From contig OZ116709.1 of the NCBI GenBank assembly GCA_964199315.1, positions 24,118,001-24,182,000 on the forward strand: a stretch of 64,000 bases of DNA. The letters are read 5' to 3'. Of the stretch, positions 46,309 through 61,300 are shown piece after piece. The notes under the pieces were generated by a model that saw only the letters and a list, made by a program, of their open reading frames with translations, was not told the origin of the DNA and did not search any database. The stretch comes from Orbicella franksi (taxonomy: Eukaryota). The first letter of the stretch is position 1; each line of letters opens with the position of its first letter. Both the position numbers and the translations under genes were made by a program.

Positions 46309-49300
46309 GCTACTCTCAAGTGTGATTTGATTCACAACCACGCGCATATATTCAGACGTATATCTTAGTTACGTAAATTTTTTCTAGAAGACTTCACATT
46401 CCAATGCTCTCCCAGTATCAAGGAAAATATTTTCTCGAATGCTCTCGCAATATCGGGAAACTTCTGCTACCATGCACAAGAAATTCTACACTGTGTTTGT
46501 TCCTTTAAATCGAGTTTTGAAAAGAATATAAACAAACACTAAGTCAACATGGGTTTATATTTGAACGAAACTTAACAGATGGATTGTATAACTATTTTGT
46601 TTGAATTTGGATTTTAACCGTAATGACCATTTTATTATATGCATAAAACTTGCGCAATGTATAGTATCTCAGACGATCCTAGATGAAAAACAGAGAAAGC
46701 TTTTGAGAGATTCTTGTTGAAAACGAAAAGGAGATGACTTTCAGTTTAAGTGTCTTTTAATTTTAAGTTTGTAAACGTATGAGCTTAAATGGCTACAAGA
46801 ATGTTGTTTACCTGTAAACTTTGTGCTAATGCACTTGTTTCTTGGACTGCTTCGTTCTTGAGTATCATTTTACGCTCTGTAAAGAGAAAACGGGTTTGGG
46901 TTGTGACCTTGTACAACGTTGTCAGTAGATTTAAAAATGCTTCAAAGCTTAGAAAAGCGAATTTTAAACTGTAGAAACTGAAACGCGAAACCGCGCGTGT
47001 TGATCACGTATGTCCGCCTGACACGTGCAACGCGCCGCCCACGCAGCGGAGCAAAACAAGAACGTGAACAGGAAAGGATATGCACGCATGACTCAGCGGC
47101 CATTGTTAAACGCCCACGACACAGCTTTGTGTACACTAAAGCTCGGCCTTAAGATCCCACGGTGCAATTTACTGTATTTATTTTTATTTATTTATTTTCT
47201 TGTTCGTTTCTAGTGGCTACTGATAAACTTGTTAGAAGCGGTGTGAATTCACAACGCAATTTTACGTGAATCTTGCCAACACACAGTTAGGAAAAAAAGT
47301 TACACGAAAGTTTATAAGCGTTTGACAACAAATAAAACTTGTTTTAACTTTCTCGCAATCGTTGTAAAAACTGTTAAACCATGTTAAAATTTTCGCAGCG
47401 ATTGCAAAAGAGTGTCTCACTAAACGCTTTGAATTGTTAATTTAATGCCAAAACAACAAGATCTCAATCTTGATTTTAGCGACAAACATGAATAAAAGCG
47501 ACTGCTATTGTTTCTTACCTTGGTTTCTCTCTCTCCAGTGGTTTGTTTCAAACTCTGCCGGCGAGCAGGGCAGAACTGGTATCTCTGAGACGTTTGTAAG
47601 ACTCAGGTAAGCAACGATTATGAAGTGATCGTACAAGAGTGTCGCTTTTTATTCGCTTCACAGGCAAGCCCTTTGACGTCATGCAATACGAACACGTAAT
47701 ACTGAACAATGCCTGTAATTCCGTGATCGTGATTCAATGAACTTCAATTGAATGGGTTTTGTCACACTACCAAGCCCGCGTGTGATTTCTAGTGATCTAA
47801 AGCGGAAATACCATGACGAAAATCGAGTCAAATAATTAGACATTGTTTAGGAGCTGGTTTCGAGGGTAACCATGTAAACTGTAAGGTTAATCGTGACTCG
47901 ACCTACTTGTAACTTTTACTTGTAAATGCAAATTGCTCGATCACGCGAAACTTTTCCCAACCCAATATCATTTTTAAATACTCAACATTCTTACGATAAA
48001 AAATATATTGAGCTCTCGGAGAGCTGCAGTGGATTGCAAAAGTTGATGAAAAACATCACGAAAGATTCCCGACGCGCCAAGTCATTAGTTGAATTTGGAA
48101 GTGAGCGATCGTGCATAGATCAAACGGACAGATAATACTAAACCGCTTTTACAAATGATTTTTATAAACATGGGCTTTAAACTGAATACTTTACTAATTT
48201 GAACTTACATTCATTGAATAATCAAATTTTGGCTCCAGCGGGTTTCTCACTTTCGGACAGAAAATGCTTTTTTACTGTGAAAATACATGGTGTAGAGAAT
48301 CGATCACGCAATCGAATACGGAAGGCACGAATATACAGACAATTAAAGATCACTAAATTCTTCAACCGCAAAAGGAAACAGAGGAAGGACAAACTGGAGT
48401 AAAGGAAAACATCCTCAATTTATTGATTTCAGTTGACTTGTCTTGCAGTTAAAACATTTGCTTCTTCTGTGTTTCAAAGTTAGAAGAGATGACAACGAAC
48501 TATGTATGTTTCCACTACAAATTCTGTAAAGACATTTCTTAACGTCTTCCCAAATCACTCAGTCGTGACTGAAATCTGGAGCGATAACAGCGGGGATTTT
48601 TGTCGTCTTTTTTCGCCGGCGACACTTCCGTAATATAACCCTCTCCACTTCTTCGCCTCTGTGCCAAAACTGCCATCTTCACGTATGCACAAAACTAACA
48701 AACTTAGTGTACAATGAGGGGCGATAATACCTCGCTTTGCCAACACTAAACTTGTTGCCCATTTTAATGAAATAATTGCTCTCTTGTCGGCTCCGTTGAA
48801 TCTTGTTTTATATAACTTTTCTCGTCTCTCTGACGTCAAGCATTGAGTAAAGGTAACGGATAGAGGAACTAAGTAACTTCACGCAGCTTCCGGTAAAACG
48901 TTTCTAAGCAACGCCTTTAAACAAGTGTTTGCCTTTAACCTTTCAACCCTCCCACATCAAGAATCTTCAAGTGCAGGCTACCGGAAATTAACTTACGATG
49001 CAAACAAAACGAAAATTTATTTGCAGTTCCTTAGTTCAAATAGATCGTCACACTCAATCAATCAATCACATCTCAGAGAAGGAAATGTTGTTTTCGTTTA
49101 TTTTCAAACGATTTGCGTGTCGACTCGTTTGAAGTACAAAGTCAAGCAAACCTTTTTTTCCCTTTTCAATATTCTCTTAACAGCGACTGACTGCTGTGCT
49201 TCTGATTTCATTTACTTCACATCACATTCTTCCTTCAGGTTGTTACAAGCCAGGTCTTTTCTATTCCAGCTAGTATATTTGAAGAAAACTCAGTTCGCAA

Positions 49301-52300
49301 GCCTGAAACAAAAGGGGTTCTTTAAATTTTAGGCTGTCTGGTAGGATTCTATTGGGTTGTGTGCTCACGGTCGTTTAGTTCTAAGAGTTCAACAACAGAG
49401 TTTGTTTGAACGTTACTTACTAGCTGAATCATTTTGAGCTAGAGGAAGACTCGTTACTAACAAAAACCAGGACTTCGTTTGTCCTGGCATTTTCTGTTTC
49501 GTTAATCCCGCTTAGTTGCGCTGACTTCATGAATCTCTAAACCAGATGAGATGCTCGACAGCCTGAAAAAACGAAAGGAATTCTGGTAGTTATAGTCAAA
49601 TGAGGACAACGTGCAAATCCGCTATTTCACCCGTTTCCTCGAGTCAGAGATAGCTGATCTTAAACCTATCCTATTGCAATGACAGAGCAATTTTCCGGTC
49701 CACTTATTAACACTTAAATAAAGTTTGTGCATGTATGCATGCAGTTTAAAATGTCCATTACAGTTTATTTGTGATTAATCACTGGTAACCATGTTACCCG
49801 TTGCCTGGACCAGCGATTAATTCATGCCAGCTACAAAATGATACCAAACACAGACGACTGTTTTGCTGCTGTTACATGACAACGAAGTATGCGTATATCA
49901 ACTCCATGCGGAAAACAAACTAAATTCTGACCGCAAAGTTGTCCGTGATACTCTACACTACGCAGAAGGAATTTGAAAACGCAGCTTTACTTCTCCGGTT
50001 AGGCCTGTACCGCCCACACTAATCCGTCACGACAACGGAGCTTTTCGAAAACGCTCTTCAAACCCGAGGAATTCGAAAACGCCAGCTTTGCGTCCGGCTT
50101 AGCGTGGACAAAAAACATTTTGAAAACGGAGCTTTTAGAAAACGATGAAGTTACGATAATCCTGAGATTTATCTACTCGAGTTTTACCCAAACACAATTC
50201 CAAAATGACCGGTGATTGTTGCGTTTTCAAATTTCTTCGGCGTAGTGTGGACGGCAAACATTTGATGCGTTTCCACCTCCGTTTTGTGGACGCGGCCTTG
50301 TAGACATGCGAAATTGACTTCCGCCATTTTGCGTGGGTCAGTGACTGTTCGACATAAAAATAATCAGCGAGAATTCAACTAAAGGGAAAAAAATCCCAGC
50401 TGAAACCTCGGTATTGGCCCACCGTTAAAAATAACTGAATCGTTTGTTTCTTTCCTACGGCAGTGACCGCAAATGACGTCAATAATTTGTAATCATGTAG
50501 TTAAGTCGACAATTGTAACATCTTTCGCTCCTACACAAGTAATTAATGTTATTTTTTAAAACTGTTTGTTGACTACATTGTAGTGTAAACAGCTGTTTCG
50601 ACAAAGGTTGTCTCACAAAGGCGTAAAAGCGTACGCGACAATGCTGACTGGTTTTATCGGTCGTAATAGTTTATCGTTTCTTGGTTGAGGTTCACGGTGT
50701 TTCAGCAAACAGGAACTGATTGAGGTGAAGCATCAATACACTTGTTAGAGCTGTTTTCTACCATTACTAATAATACCTTTCGACCTTGCTGCCTACACCG
50801 GCTTTTACACTTTGGTAGAACAATCTTTCTCAAAACAACTGTAATTAGCAGCTTTTCATTACCAAACATGAAGGATAAACTGAATTTATCCAGATGCCTC
50901 GGTTGAAGAGCGCCATTCCCAGTTCCTCCACCTGTTGTTAAGGAACAACAGCTCATTTCGTTTATAATTTTAAACAAGGAAGAAAACCCAAAATATCGCA
51001 CACGACCGCAGTCATCGTCCGGTACTCTGCCGGACAATTGGCCTTGAACTTCCTTGAACTTCCTTGAACTAGCAAGTTAGCATGACTCACGCCTAAAAAA
51101 ACTGAACCACTCAGACCTAAAAATTAATTTTACTGCCTCCATCTCTTTCTGAATTAATTACTTTGTGGCTCAAGATTCTCTTATTAGTATAGTAACTTAC
51201 TGTTTAACAAATTGCATTGAATTTGAAGGAAAACTCAAACTAATAGCTCTCGGATGTAATAAAATTGCCGAGACTGAATCGACCAAAAAGATCGACAGGC
51301 CGATGGCGAAGAATGCAAGCGAAAGATTAAAACAAATAACGAAAGACAACTTAGAGAGCATTAAGTTAATTTTTTTAAGATGCACTATTTGCAATGTAGC
51401 TCGTTAAATGGACTTGTCAAAAGTTATTAGTTCTACTGTGTTTTGCTGCTTGCGGCCAAGTCTTTATGTGCGTTTTCTAGCCTCGCGCGGCGCGATCCAC
51501 GCAAAATGCTTTTTTAAATGTTTCTATCTTTTTCTCACGGAACGCAGTGCAAAACAAACTGTACAACCGTTAAAAGGGAATTGTTTCCTCTCTAAAATCA
51601 ACTCACAAATCAATGAGCAAAGATGGTTCTCACGTGATCTGCTAACGAACAACGGCAAAAAAAGAATGGCGTTAAAACCTCTGCCAGCATCAGGCGTCCA
51701 CTGAGCTAAATCACTCGCAATCAAGCTATTACGCCGCTGAAATTGAAGCAAATCTGATCCCAAACCTTTAATTCAACACGACATTTCTGAACTGCTTAGT
51801 GTTCGGTTGCCAGACTCCTCCTCAGTTGTCTCATACCTTTTTTCATGAGAGACGACTGGGTACGAGTCAGTAAAGACGCGCCCCACTTCAATATTTCATT
51901 TAATCAACCAATCGTGACTTGCTCGCGCTTGGCCCCGGCTACAGTACTTTCTCCCAATTTGAATTGCTTCTCCGGCTGCCTGTGTTCCTTGCGATAGGCC
52001 AGTCTGTTTAACTTGGTTTTGGTTTTACCAATCCTATTATTTTTTCACCGACTCCTATGCGCCAGTGTGAATATTATAGCCCTTATTGCAAGTAATTGAT
52101 ATAGTTACCTAGGAAACAATGACACCACAAACAATCCGCAACAAGAAATTGGGCGTAGTTTATTCTAGAGAACTCAGTATTGTGTGAGGTGAATCAAATA
52201 AAATGATGAATCCTTTGACCTTTGACAAAAATACTGGCAAAGGTTTTCATGTCTGCAAATTTCAAAGATTGTATAAACAAGCATTGTTTCACGACCCAAG

Positions 52301-52378
52301 TGTTGTCAGTGACAAAAGACGGTAGAGTGAAAATTTCAACGCAGTCACACGGTCCCTTGATGCGGGCAGTTACTGGAT

Positions 52379-55300
52379 TTATTGTGGTACGGGTTTTGAT
52401 GATCCGGCCATTGTTGATTTTTGATGAACTGTGTCTTGCACCTCAGAACTGAGTAAAAAATGAATCAATGACCAATTACTTAAAATCATCAGTAAACCAA
52501 CACGTTAAATTGAGGTGAAAAGAACTTTACATGTATATAACGTTAAATTTGTGTATGAGCTACGCACTACGAAAAGCTACAAAATGTGTCGCTAGACGAC
52601 ATTGAGTTAACTGGGCTTCTAAATTGAGAAATGAAGCTGAGAACTGCACAGAAGAGATTGGGGAGGCGACAAATTACTGTTCTAGAGGTAACGTTTGGTT
52701 TCACAATTCGCAATTTACAACACAACACAACATGCTCTAATTAATCAGGGCAAACTTAACATGCTACTTACCGAAACTAAGACCAGTCACGCTGCTGCAC
52801 CGGTCAAAACTGTTCTGCATAGATAGTGAGTTAAATTTGTCAAAACACAACGACACTACGTACCTTCCAGCCATATTCTGCACCCACTCCACCGCACTGT
52901 GGATTAGATTGACAGCTAGATTGACAGCTATGATGACGTATTCCTGAATCACAGCCAATACATCAGGCAGCTTCTCGACGATCTTTTCGCCAAGCTTCGC
53001 GAACCATGACGCCACAGCCGAGAAAAAGTCTGGGGCGAGTTCGTAAATCTTATATGCAAGGTTTGTTAAAAGCTCCTGTGCCTTGGCGAGGAGGATTGGA
53101 ACATGTTCCGACAGGAAATCCCAAACTATAATCAGGTATTTATACACCACAGGCCAACACTTGTCCCACACGTGTTTTAAATGGTCGCGAACTATACCAA
53201 GATACACGGGGCCCTCGGTTTCAATCTTCAGGAAAAATACAAAAGATTATTATAATGGTACTGAAAATTACTTCGTGTAGTCCAGAAATGCTCACCTGAG
53301 CAAAACGTCCGTCCGACTGATTAGCGTTTGACTTCGTGAAATCGACAGATTTTATGCCTTATTTTGCTTTTAAAGCTCTTATATCGAAACGTACGCCACA
53401 TTTCTGTGAGATTCAGATCCTTTAATCTAAATCGACTTCACTTTCCCCGAGACGTCTCGGATGTGTCGTTGGATATGCAGCTGGTGAAACTTCTAAGACT
53501 AAAAGTTGTACCGAAAACGTTTCACCTGTCTAATAAGCTTTCCCCTGCGGACGAGGGGGTTACTAGAGAGATGGTATTCATATTTCAACATTTGGGTACA
53601 TTTAAAACACATAAAAATTGAGTTTTAAATATTTCCAGGTTGTCTGCAATAGCCGCCGGCTGCGTCTGCGTGGAATTGACAACAAACAGATGGTTGTACT
53701 CTCTCCTTCAGTTTTCAGCGGCGAAAAGAGCGCACGTCAGAACACAAACGATGATATGATAAATGGTCCAATTAAGTCCTTCTCACCTTTTCTAAAAGCT
53801 GTGGTATTTTGACGTTAAGATAATCTCTCGCTGGTTTGGTTGTTTCTGCGATGAACGCTCCAACAATTTTGAGCTTTTCCCAGACAAACGTAGCCAATGG
53901 GTCGGCGTGCTCTCTAAACTTGCTGTAGTACGTCGGATAGTTCGTTTGAACCCAGCTGAAAACAAACATTCAGGGCTTGCTACCATTATGCAGATTCTCG
54001 TTACTGGTAATCACTCATTAAGTAAAGAGAATTCAGCCGCGCATCAAAACAACTTTCTCTCTGGTGTGCTGTGGAAAGTACCCTTGATATCTTATCGAGA
54101 AATTAGAATTTGATCACTCAGGAACTGGACTTCATATCATACACTTCACTCCTACAGTGCCTATCTGCATCCAAGAGTATAGATGGATAGCAGCTAACAG
54201 TAGGGTTATCTGAGAAAATGCAAGCGTAGAGGAGGGAGGGGAGGGGAGGGGAGGGAGGGGAGGGGAGGGGAGGAGCTGCGATGGAAAGGCATCCCATGCT
54301 GGAGGTGGTAATAAAATCAATCCCTAAGCTAGCACTAAGCGCCAGCACTGATAAACCGCTTGACTACTTTAATCCACTAAATCGCACCAGACGTTTTTTG
54401 AACCTGGAAAGAGTTTATGATACAGGGGTTGGGTTCAGCAGGAAGGCAATTGGTTCACAAAGGCAGGCAAAACTTTTGAACCGAACTTTTCTTTAGAAAA
54501 ACTTTCCTCTAAATGGTCAAACCAGGTGGGCAAAATCATCCTCACAGCCCGTCAATTTGCCTGGTGCCCGGCCCTTAATGAAACCCCGAATGGATATCAT
54601 GTTTGATATGCCCAGAGTGACTTCATTCTATTTAAACAATAGCAGTGGTACAAGCAGACAGTGGCACATGCGAGGCTTTAGTCACGTACAGAAGTTAATG
54701 CGTAAGGTAAAGTGAAGAAAAATAATTTGAAACAACCTTCACAGCATGTACAGCTTGCTACCTGTTTGCAACATCGAATCCATTCTTTGCTTGTCCATAT
54801 CCTGTTAATGCTGCCTGTTCTATTCCATAATCCTTTGCAATCTGTGCTGTTTTGCTCGCTTTTAACAGAAACAAAACACTAGATTTAAATTCCTGATAGC
54901 ACTTGAAAGTGTGAAAGAGCGTCTGACTCCATCAACAGGGCACACACCCGACGGTAAAAAGCCGGAAAAAAACACAAGCAGCACCGTACCTTTGTATCCT
55001 TTGTGTTTGTAGATGTCAAAAGCAACAGCTGCTATTAACAACAACAAAACTAACTTGAGGAGTTTTCCGAAGGAAAAGAACGAACGCTTGCAAGCCTTCT
55101 TTTCCTTTATGGCCTGAAAAGACAAAAGATAACTGTTGACGCTATCGTAATAAAAGTACAAGTAGCCTCTGACTCAAGCTCACTAAGCCGGCCATGATAT
55201 GAGGAGGGACAGTACAAAATTGCGTGCTGGGCAGGTAGTAGCTTGTTCTGTCCTCTTTCTAGGTTAAGCTTCTCAACGATTGAAAAGACCCTATGGGTGC

Positions 55301-58300
55301 AGGCTACAGTTTTGGGCATAAATTGTACCTACATTGTACACGCGTTCAGACGAAATTCTTTCCCATCCCTGCCCCGCCTCCTTATTCAGTGATGTTTCTA
55401 AGGAGCCAAATATGGTTTCATAAGAATAAGACCCAGTTAGCAACAATGATTAGCGGTCAAGTAGGATTGCGAGAAAAAGCCTCAGCAACAAGTCTCTAGT
55501 TAATTCCGACCTAGTAAATCATCTGCAAATACACAATGGTCCTGAAAAAAATGGTTTATGGAACAGCGCAACGAAAGACCAGTGACATCTTCATTAATAT
55601 TGGTTTATTTAGGATAAAAGAAATGTGTACGAACTTCGAGTCCGACATTAAGATTTCAGAAGCAGGTGATATGATGAATTATTAATTACACGAGAGACAC
55701 GCACCAGCTTGAACATAGCAAGCGGACAATGAAGGCCTGATGTCAAGTTGGTTGCAGCACGACTGAAAAATATCAGCCTTCATTATTCAACCAAGTCAAA
55801 TACCCGATATCTACTAATATTTCTGACAAAACCGCTCATCTATTTTCGAGCTAAGTATTAAGTGTATACGAAATGAAATGCAAATAAAAGCTCCTGCAAG
55901 AAAATTAATAATCTCCAATACCCGATGTGAAAATTTATACGGTGACTGATTAAAAGACAGACCACATGAATAAGTTGGCCGTAATTTTCTTTCCTGTTTT
56001 CACTTTGCTAATCTGTTATCCTTCGTCATTATGCCACAAGAAAAACGTAACTGACAAAACTAAACGGGTGGAGAAAACACACTAGCTTCCCTTGGGTGAG
56101 GCGCCGCATATTCAGTAAAATTACTTACTACAAATATTAACGTACAAATTGAAAAGCGCGAATGTCCTGGGAACCCATGTCAACACTTGAAGTTGTTAAG
56201 AGTTAACGAACCACGGAAGAAAGTTTGTGATTGTGAAGCTATTATTTCGAGCCTTTCGTCGTAGCATTTTGCTCTGAAAGAGGAAGACAAATTGTTCGAA
56301 ACGAAAGCTCTGCAAACTCGTTACGGCGTTTAATTAACTTTATCAACTACAACTTGATAAAGAGGCAAGTTTTTCACCTTCCCGCCAAAGCAGCCTAAAC
56401 GTTTTCTTTAGCAGCTAATAACTTTGTTTACTCTGAACTCAGACTTGTTTATGTTAAAGGCGACAACAAGAGGGTGTACTTTACTTATTGTTTGCCATAA
56501 ATGGATTTCACAGTACGATACAACGAAGGGTCTTGCAAAAATAGCTGGGAAACGCTTCTGGCAATGATTATGCACTAAATAATCTTCAGAAATCCGTAAC
56601 GTGATCAATAACAAGGCTAGAAAAAGGTTTCTTAATGAGAATAGCAAGACTTGGAGAACAAACAGACAACATAATGAGATTGACCATTTCTGAAAAGCTA
56701 CATTTCAAGTCTGGTTGCACAGCAGTGAAACTCACCATTTTGTTGTCTTCAGCCATTGTCACCTCAACTCAATCAGTACAGTCACGTTATAAAATATCGC
56801 GCTCGCCTTTTGTTTTCAAATCAGCCAAGCAGTTTGTACAAAGAACCTTGGCACAAGCACAAGACTCAGGGAAAACCCAAGACAACAGAACAAACCCTGC
56901 TTGCTGCATTGGAACAATATCAAATTATCACGTGAATATCACGTTACTTCGGTTCGCTAACCAATCACAGAGCGCTACAGCATGTAAAACCGCTATGATT
57001 GACATGCACTTGATTGGTTGAGTGGCATCTGGCATGATTATTACAAGGCGTTAACGTAAACAACCTGCTGAAACGATCCTAAATAAACGACCTTCACATC
57101 ACAATTAAACAGCTAAGTACAGAACGATTTTAACACTAGCTAGTTCACGCTTGTTGTTTGAGCCGATGAGTTCCTCGCTTACCTGGCAAGCTTTCACACA
57201 CCTGTCCAGCCCGACCTGTGAAGAAGGGAAGTGTAGACATTTCGTTAAGATGAGAATTTAAATATTTATTGCAGTCTCCACAAACACAAACAGGTAATAA
57301 AATATCACGACACCTGTAGCACGTTCAATCCTTGCCGTACAATGACTAAATACTTTCACAAGCATGTCCAAAACATCAATTCTCCTCACTGTTTGCCAAA
57401 CATATCTTTCAAATTAGTTCTGAGAATCCAGCATTAGATCAGAACAAATCTGAGTGCACCTAAACAGCACAGTATCCCCAAATTAACGACCAAAATGACA
57501 GTTGGAGCGAGCGGAGATAGACAAGAATGTCCTCGAGTACCCGACGGACCCGACGATTTACCGATTCCTATCCTCCAATCAGAAAACAGTACGAGCGCTT
57601 ATGACCACGCTGAAACTTCTCACATCAGCTTGTTGCCACGAGAATACGACACTTTCTTTAGCAACGTCTCTGAAAAAATACCACGGGCTCATTCAATTTT
57701 TTCAAAGATAGGATCCTGACCACAAGACATTTGTTAACGACGGAAGTCAATAACCATGGCGAAGGAGACTATTTTATCGATACACTTATTTTAAAGGAAC
57801 CTACCTTTGCTTTGTTGCTTTCCAAAAGAGGGTCGTTTTTACTTCGAAAAACTTCAACGGTATCAAAGAGCTTGCTCTTAACACCCTGTAAAGAAGACGT
57901 TTACGATAAGGCGTTAGTGCATTGTTACTGCTGTTCGATTTATCGTGTATAATGCTTTACCTCACATGACCTTACCTCATCGAACAAATGACTTGATTCT
58001 TTATAGTAGAAAGCACAAAAGCCAGGCAAGCCAGCACAAATAACGTACAATCAGTTTGACATATAGTGGTTTCAATTTTCAGATCAAACATGCTATTTAT
58101 TCAACCGCACTGGAGAAGAACAAAACCTATCCTGACTTGCGTGTTTTCCCACCCTCGGCATTAAACATTTTTTCCTGCACAACACTCACAAATCAGTAAC
58201 TATAACATTTCGATCTGTGAGATTGTTCTTTTGCTAGTTCCCAAATAAACATACCTTAGTTAATGAATTCCAAGTGTTTAGAAGATGATTTAACAACAGT

Positions 58301-61300
58301 CTGAAATAAGAACAACATAAATTTAATACAGGTCGAGGTTGAGATAGCGACTAACATAAAACACTACTTTTGTTATGGAATGTGAGCGCTCAGGCCTCTC
58401 CGCTCACGTCACATCTCAAGTGGGTCAATTCTGTGCTGGTTACACTAAGTCCGCCAGACATTTCCAGATTGTTAGCAAGCAACAATCGAGACTATATAGA
58501 AACTGTGGGCAACGCCACAACAGGTTTGCCGCGAAATGACCATAATACTCCTTACTTTATGAACGAAACTTACCCTGATTGTTGTAAGGTCGCTAAATAG
58601 CTGCTCTCCCACTTTGTGAAACAATCTTCATCTTTTTCCAAGCACATCACGAGGCAACTCAGAACCTAACACACAACGAAATACGATGAACGTCACACTG
58701 AATTGTACCGGGAATCTGGCATCATCGATCTAACTTGTACAGTAACAGTGAAATAAAATAATAACATGAATGGTTTTGCACGAAGACTCATTTTGACACT
58801 GAGGCAAAAGGTAACATGGAAATGGCCTATTGAAAAATTGAACCAGAAACAACTTGCATATTAAACAAGCCTTGCAAAGCTCAGACCATGAAGAACATGT
58901 GAAGCCTAACCTCACGACTAACTTCTCAATCAAAACAATAACCCACGTCCCATAACCCGAGGAAGCATACAACACATGGTGGCGCGACGTGTAAAGACAC
59001 GCATTAAATTAGGCCAATGTTTTACCTCTGTCTGGTACTCTAATGGAAGCTCACTGTTAAGACGACTGAGGAGGGCGGGAAAATACAGTCTGCTGACAGG
59101 CCTTGATTCTGAGCCAAGTGAGAGTTTCTGATATACAATTGAAAAAAAAATGTTTGAATTAGCCATTACGACTTGATATCTACAATCCAAGTAATAGCTG
59201 CAACAGCCATTTTTGCACTCGCCCCTCGATTCAAGCTTGAGGTGAGGCTGAGCATTTTATTTATACCACTTGAAAATTGCTTTTTAAAACTGGTGCACTC
59301 CACGCCTTTATAAATTGATGGTATATTCTCCCATGTGACATACAGTGTAAAACTTTCATCTCTGTTCATACATGTACAACCAGTAAGGTTATGATAACAT
59401 AACCAGCGCCATAACGTTTACAGGGCAATGACAAATATCAAAAATTACGTACCTTAAGTTTGGGATAAAGTGACAACATCTTACGCTGCAAGCTACATAA
59501 AAGAAACAAAATGAATCAATGTTCAAATTCCCTCAAAATTCTTGTCTTTTACTACAATTGTAATTTTACCAACTTTCGTATAAACCACAGTAAGCAGGAC
59601 AGTGCATATAAATGAAAGTAAGATGAAGCACTAAATGGTCATTTCAGAAAAGTTAGTTATTACCTTGGGTTGGCAGCCAGAGGAGATACTGGAGAAAAAG
59701 CCACCTCCATTACACCAAAGAACTCTTTAGGTTGAAAAAGAGCACCTTGGTCACTCACAGGTTTGCATGTACTGAGAAATAAATGACAATAACAATTTGG
59801 CCTGTTGACTGGAATTGGTTGATATGAGAATCATTTGCAAAATATTCTAAATCTACACAAAATATTGATATCTGTGCATTGTATGAATCAACAAGACTAG
59901 AGCAGATACAGGATTTCAGAGAAGGGGGTTCGAGATATACAGGATTTTACAGAAGGGGGTTCCCCTGTAGGAGGGTGCTGGGGCATCCTCCCCCAGAAAT
60001 TGTTTAAAATGGAAATTGGGGTTGTTTGATATTTACCCAAAAACTCCAGAAATTTCAGACGGAATGTAAATGGAAAGATATATTTTGTCTCCCCAAACAA
60101 AAATTTTCTCTGGAAAACGGGATGAAAGGTAGACCAATCATGAGATTAGCAATGTAGCACTGTGTCTCTACTCAAAGGTAACAAACCCAATCGCACTGAT
60201 GTGCAGGCTGACATGTCAGCCAGCAAGCTTTTTGATGCCACTGATGCTGACTCTACTCAATCCTACTCAAATCAGATCCTTTTGGGGATATAACACATTT
60301 CACCCAAAAAACTCTCACTAAAATACTGATTGTTTTCCAGCTGGAAGACTGATGTTGCTATTAATACACATTCTTCTGACTTCTTGTGAACAGGTCAAGG
60401 GGAAGGAGATGGTCAATTAGAAATTCTAAGAGCGTTCAGCTCTACATAGTCATTGATTAAGACAATGCTGCTACTGTAGATCAGCAAGACTGCCTGTTTC
60501 CTGCTGAGATTTGCTTTTGGATGGATGCTGCGAAAAAGGCCTGGCCCAGGTTGTTCAAAAGGTGGATAATGCTATCCACCGGATAAATCACTATCCAGTA
60601 GATAGTATGGTTTGTTTTGCTAACACTTTATCCACTGGATAGTGATTTATCTGGTAGATAGCGTTATCCACCTTTCAAACAACCCGGGCCTACTGTATAG
60701 AGGATACAGATGCTAAGTGACTTGCCCTTCAAAGATCTACATGTTTGCACTAAGAAGGAGCTAGAAGAACTACCCAAGCCGACAATGAGTCACTGACGTA
60801 CTAAATGTACATGTGCAATCACAACAATAGTTACCTTAGGAGATTTTCAAGAAAAGAAATGGAATACTTTGTCAGGTGTTTTACACTCAACTGAGGCAGC
60901 ATAACTTCCATCCACACTGCAAATGAACAAATCAAAATGTCATAGCTTTTTTGTTGGACAATAAAACCAGTTGGTTATTTGTATTGTATTCACCTGCCAT
61001 TTTCTACTTTAATATTAACTCTGCCTGCTGAGATAGACAAGGCATTGCAGCCTTCAGAAGCTAAAATTTGTCTTGTGATGTCTTGATTACAAACCTGCTA
61101 AGCCCTGAGATAGGTCCTTTTGTGGTAACTGCCCTGCACACCACATCAAAGCTAGAGCTTCACGTGTGCGAGTCTTGCGAGCTACAAGCATCTCCTGTAC
61201 CTGTGTATGGCAAATTGACAAGCACGCTTGTAAGCGTATTACGATCAACTTCTCACACTCCCTGTCAGTGACAATGAGGCTAAGAAATCATAGGATAAGT

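Noticed and set aside
46400-52200. Additional gene between cPLA2 and TMEM214
   Set aside because: Only short ORFs, isolated donor-like sites and TGACGTCA motifs were seen, with no coherent exon chain or recognisable peptide.
54229-54273. G-quadruplex as a regulatory novelty
   Set aside because: This is an ordinary intronic purine microsatellite with nothing to indicate function.
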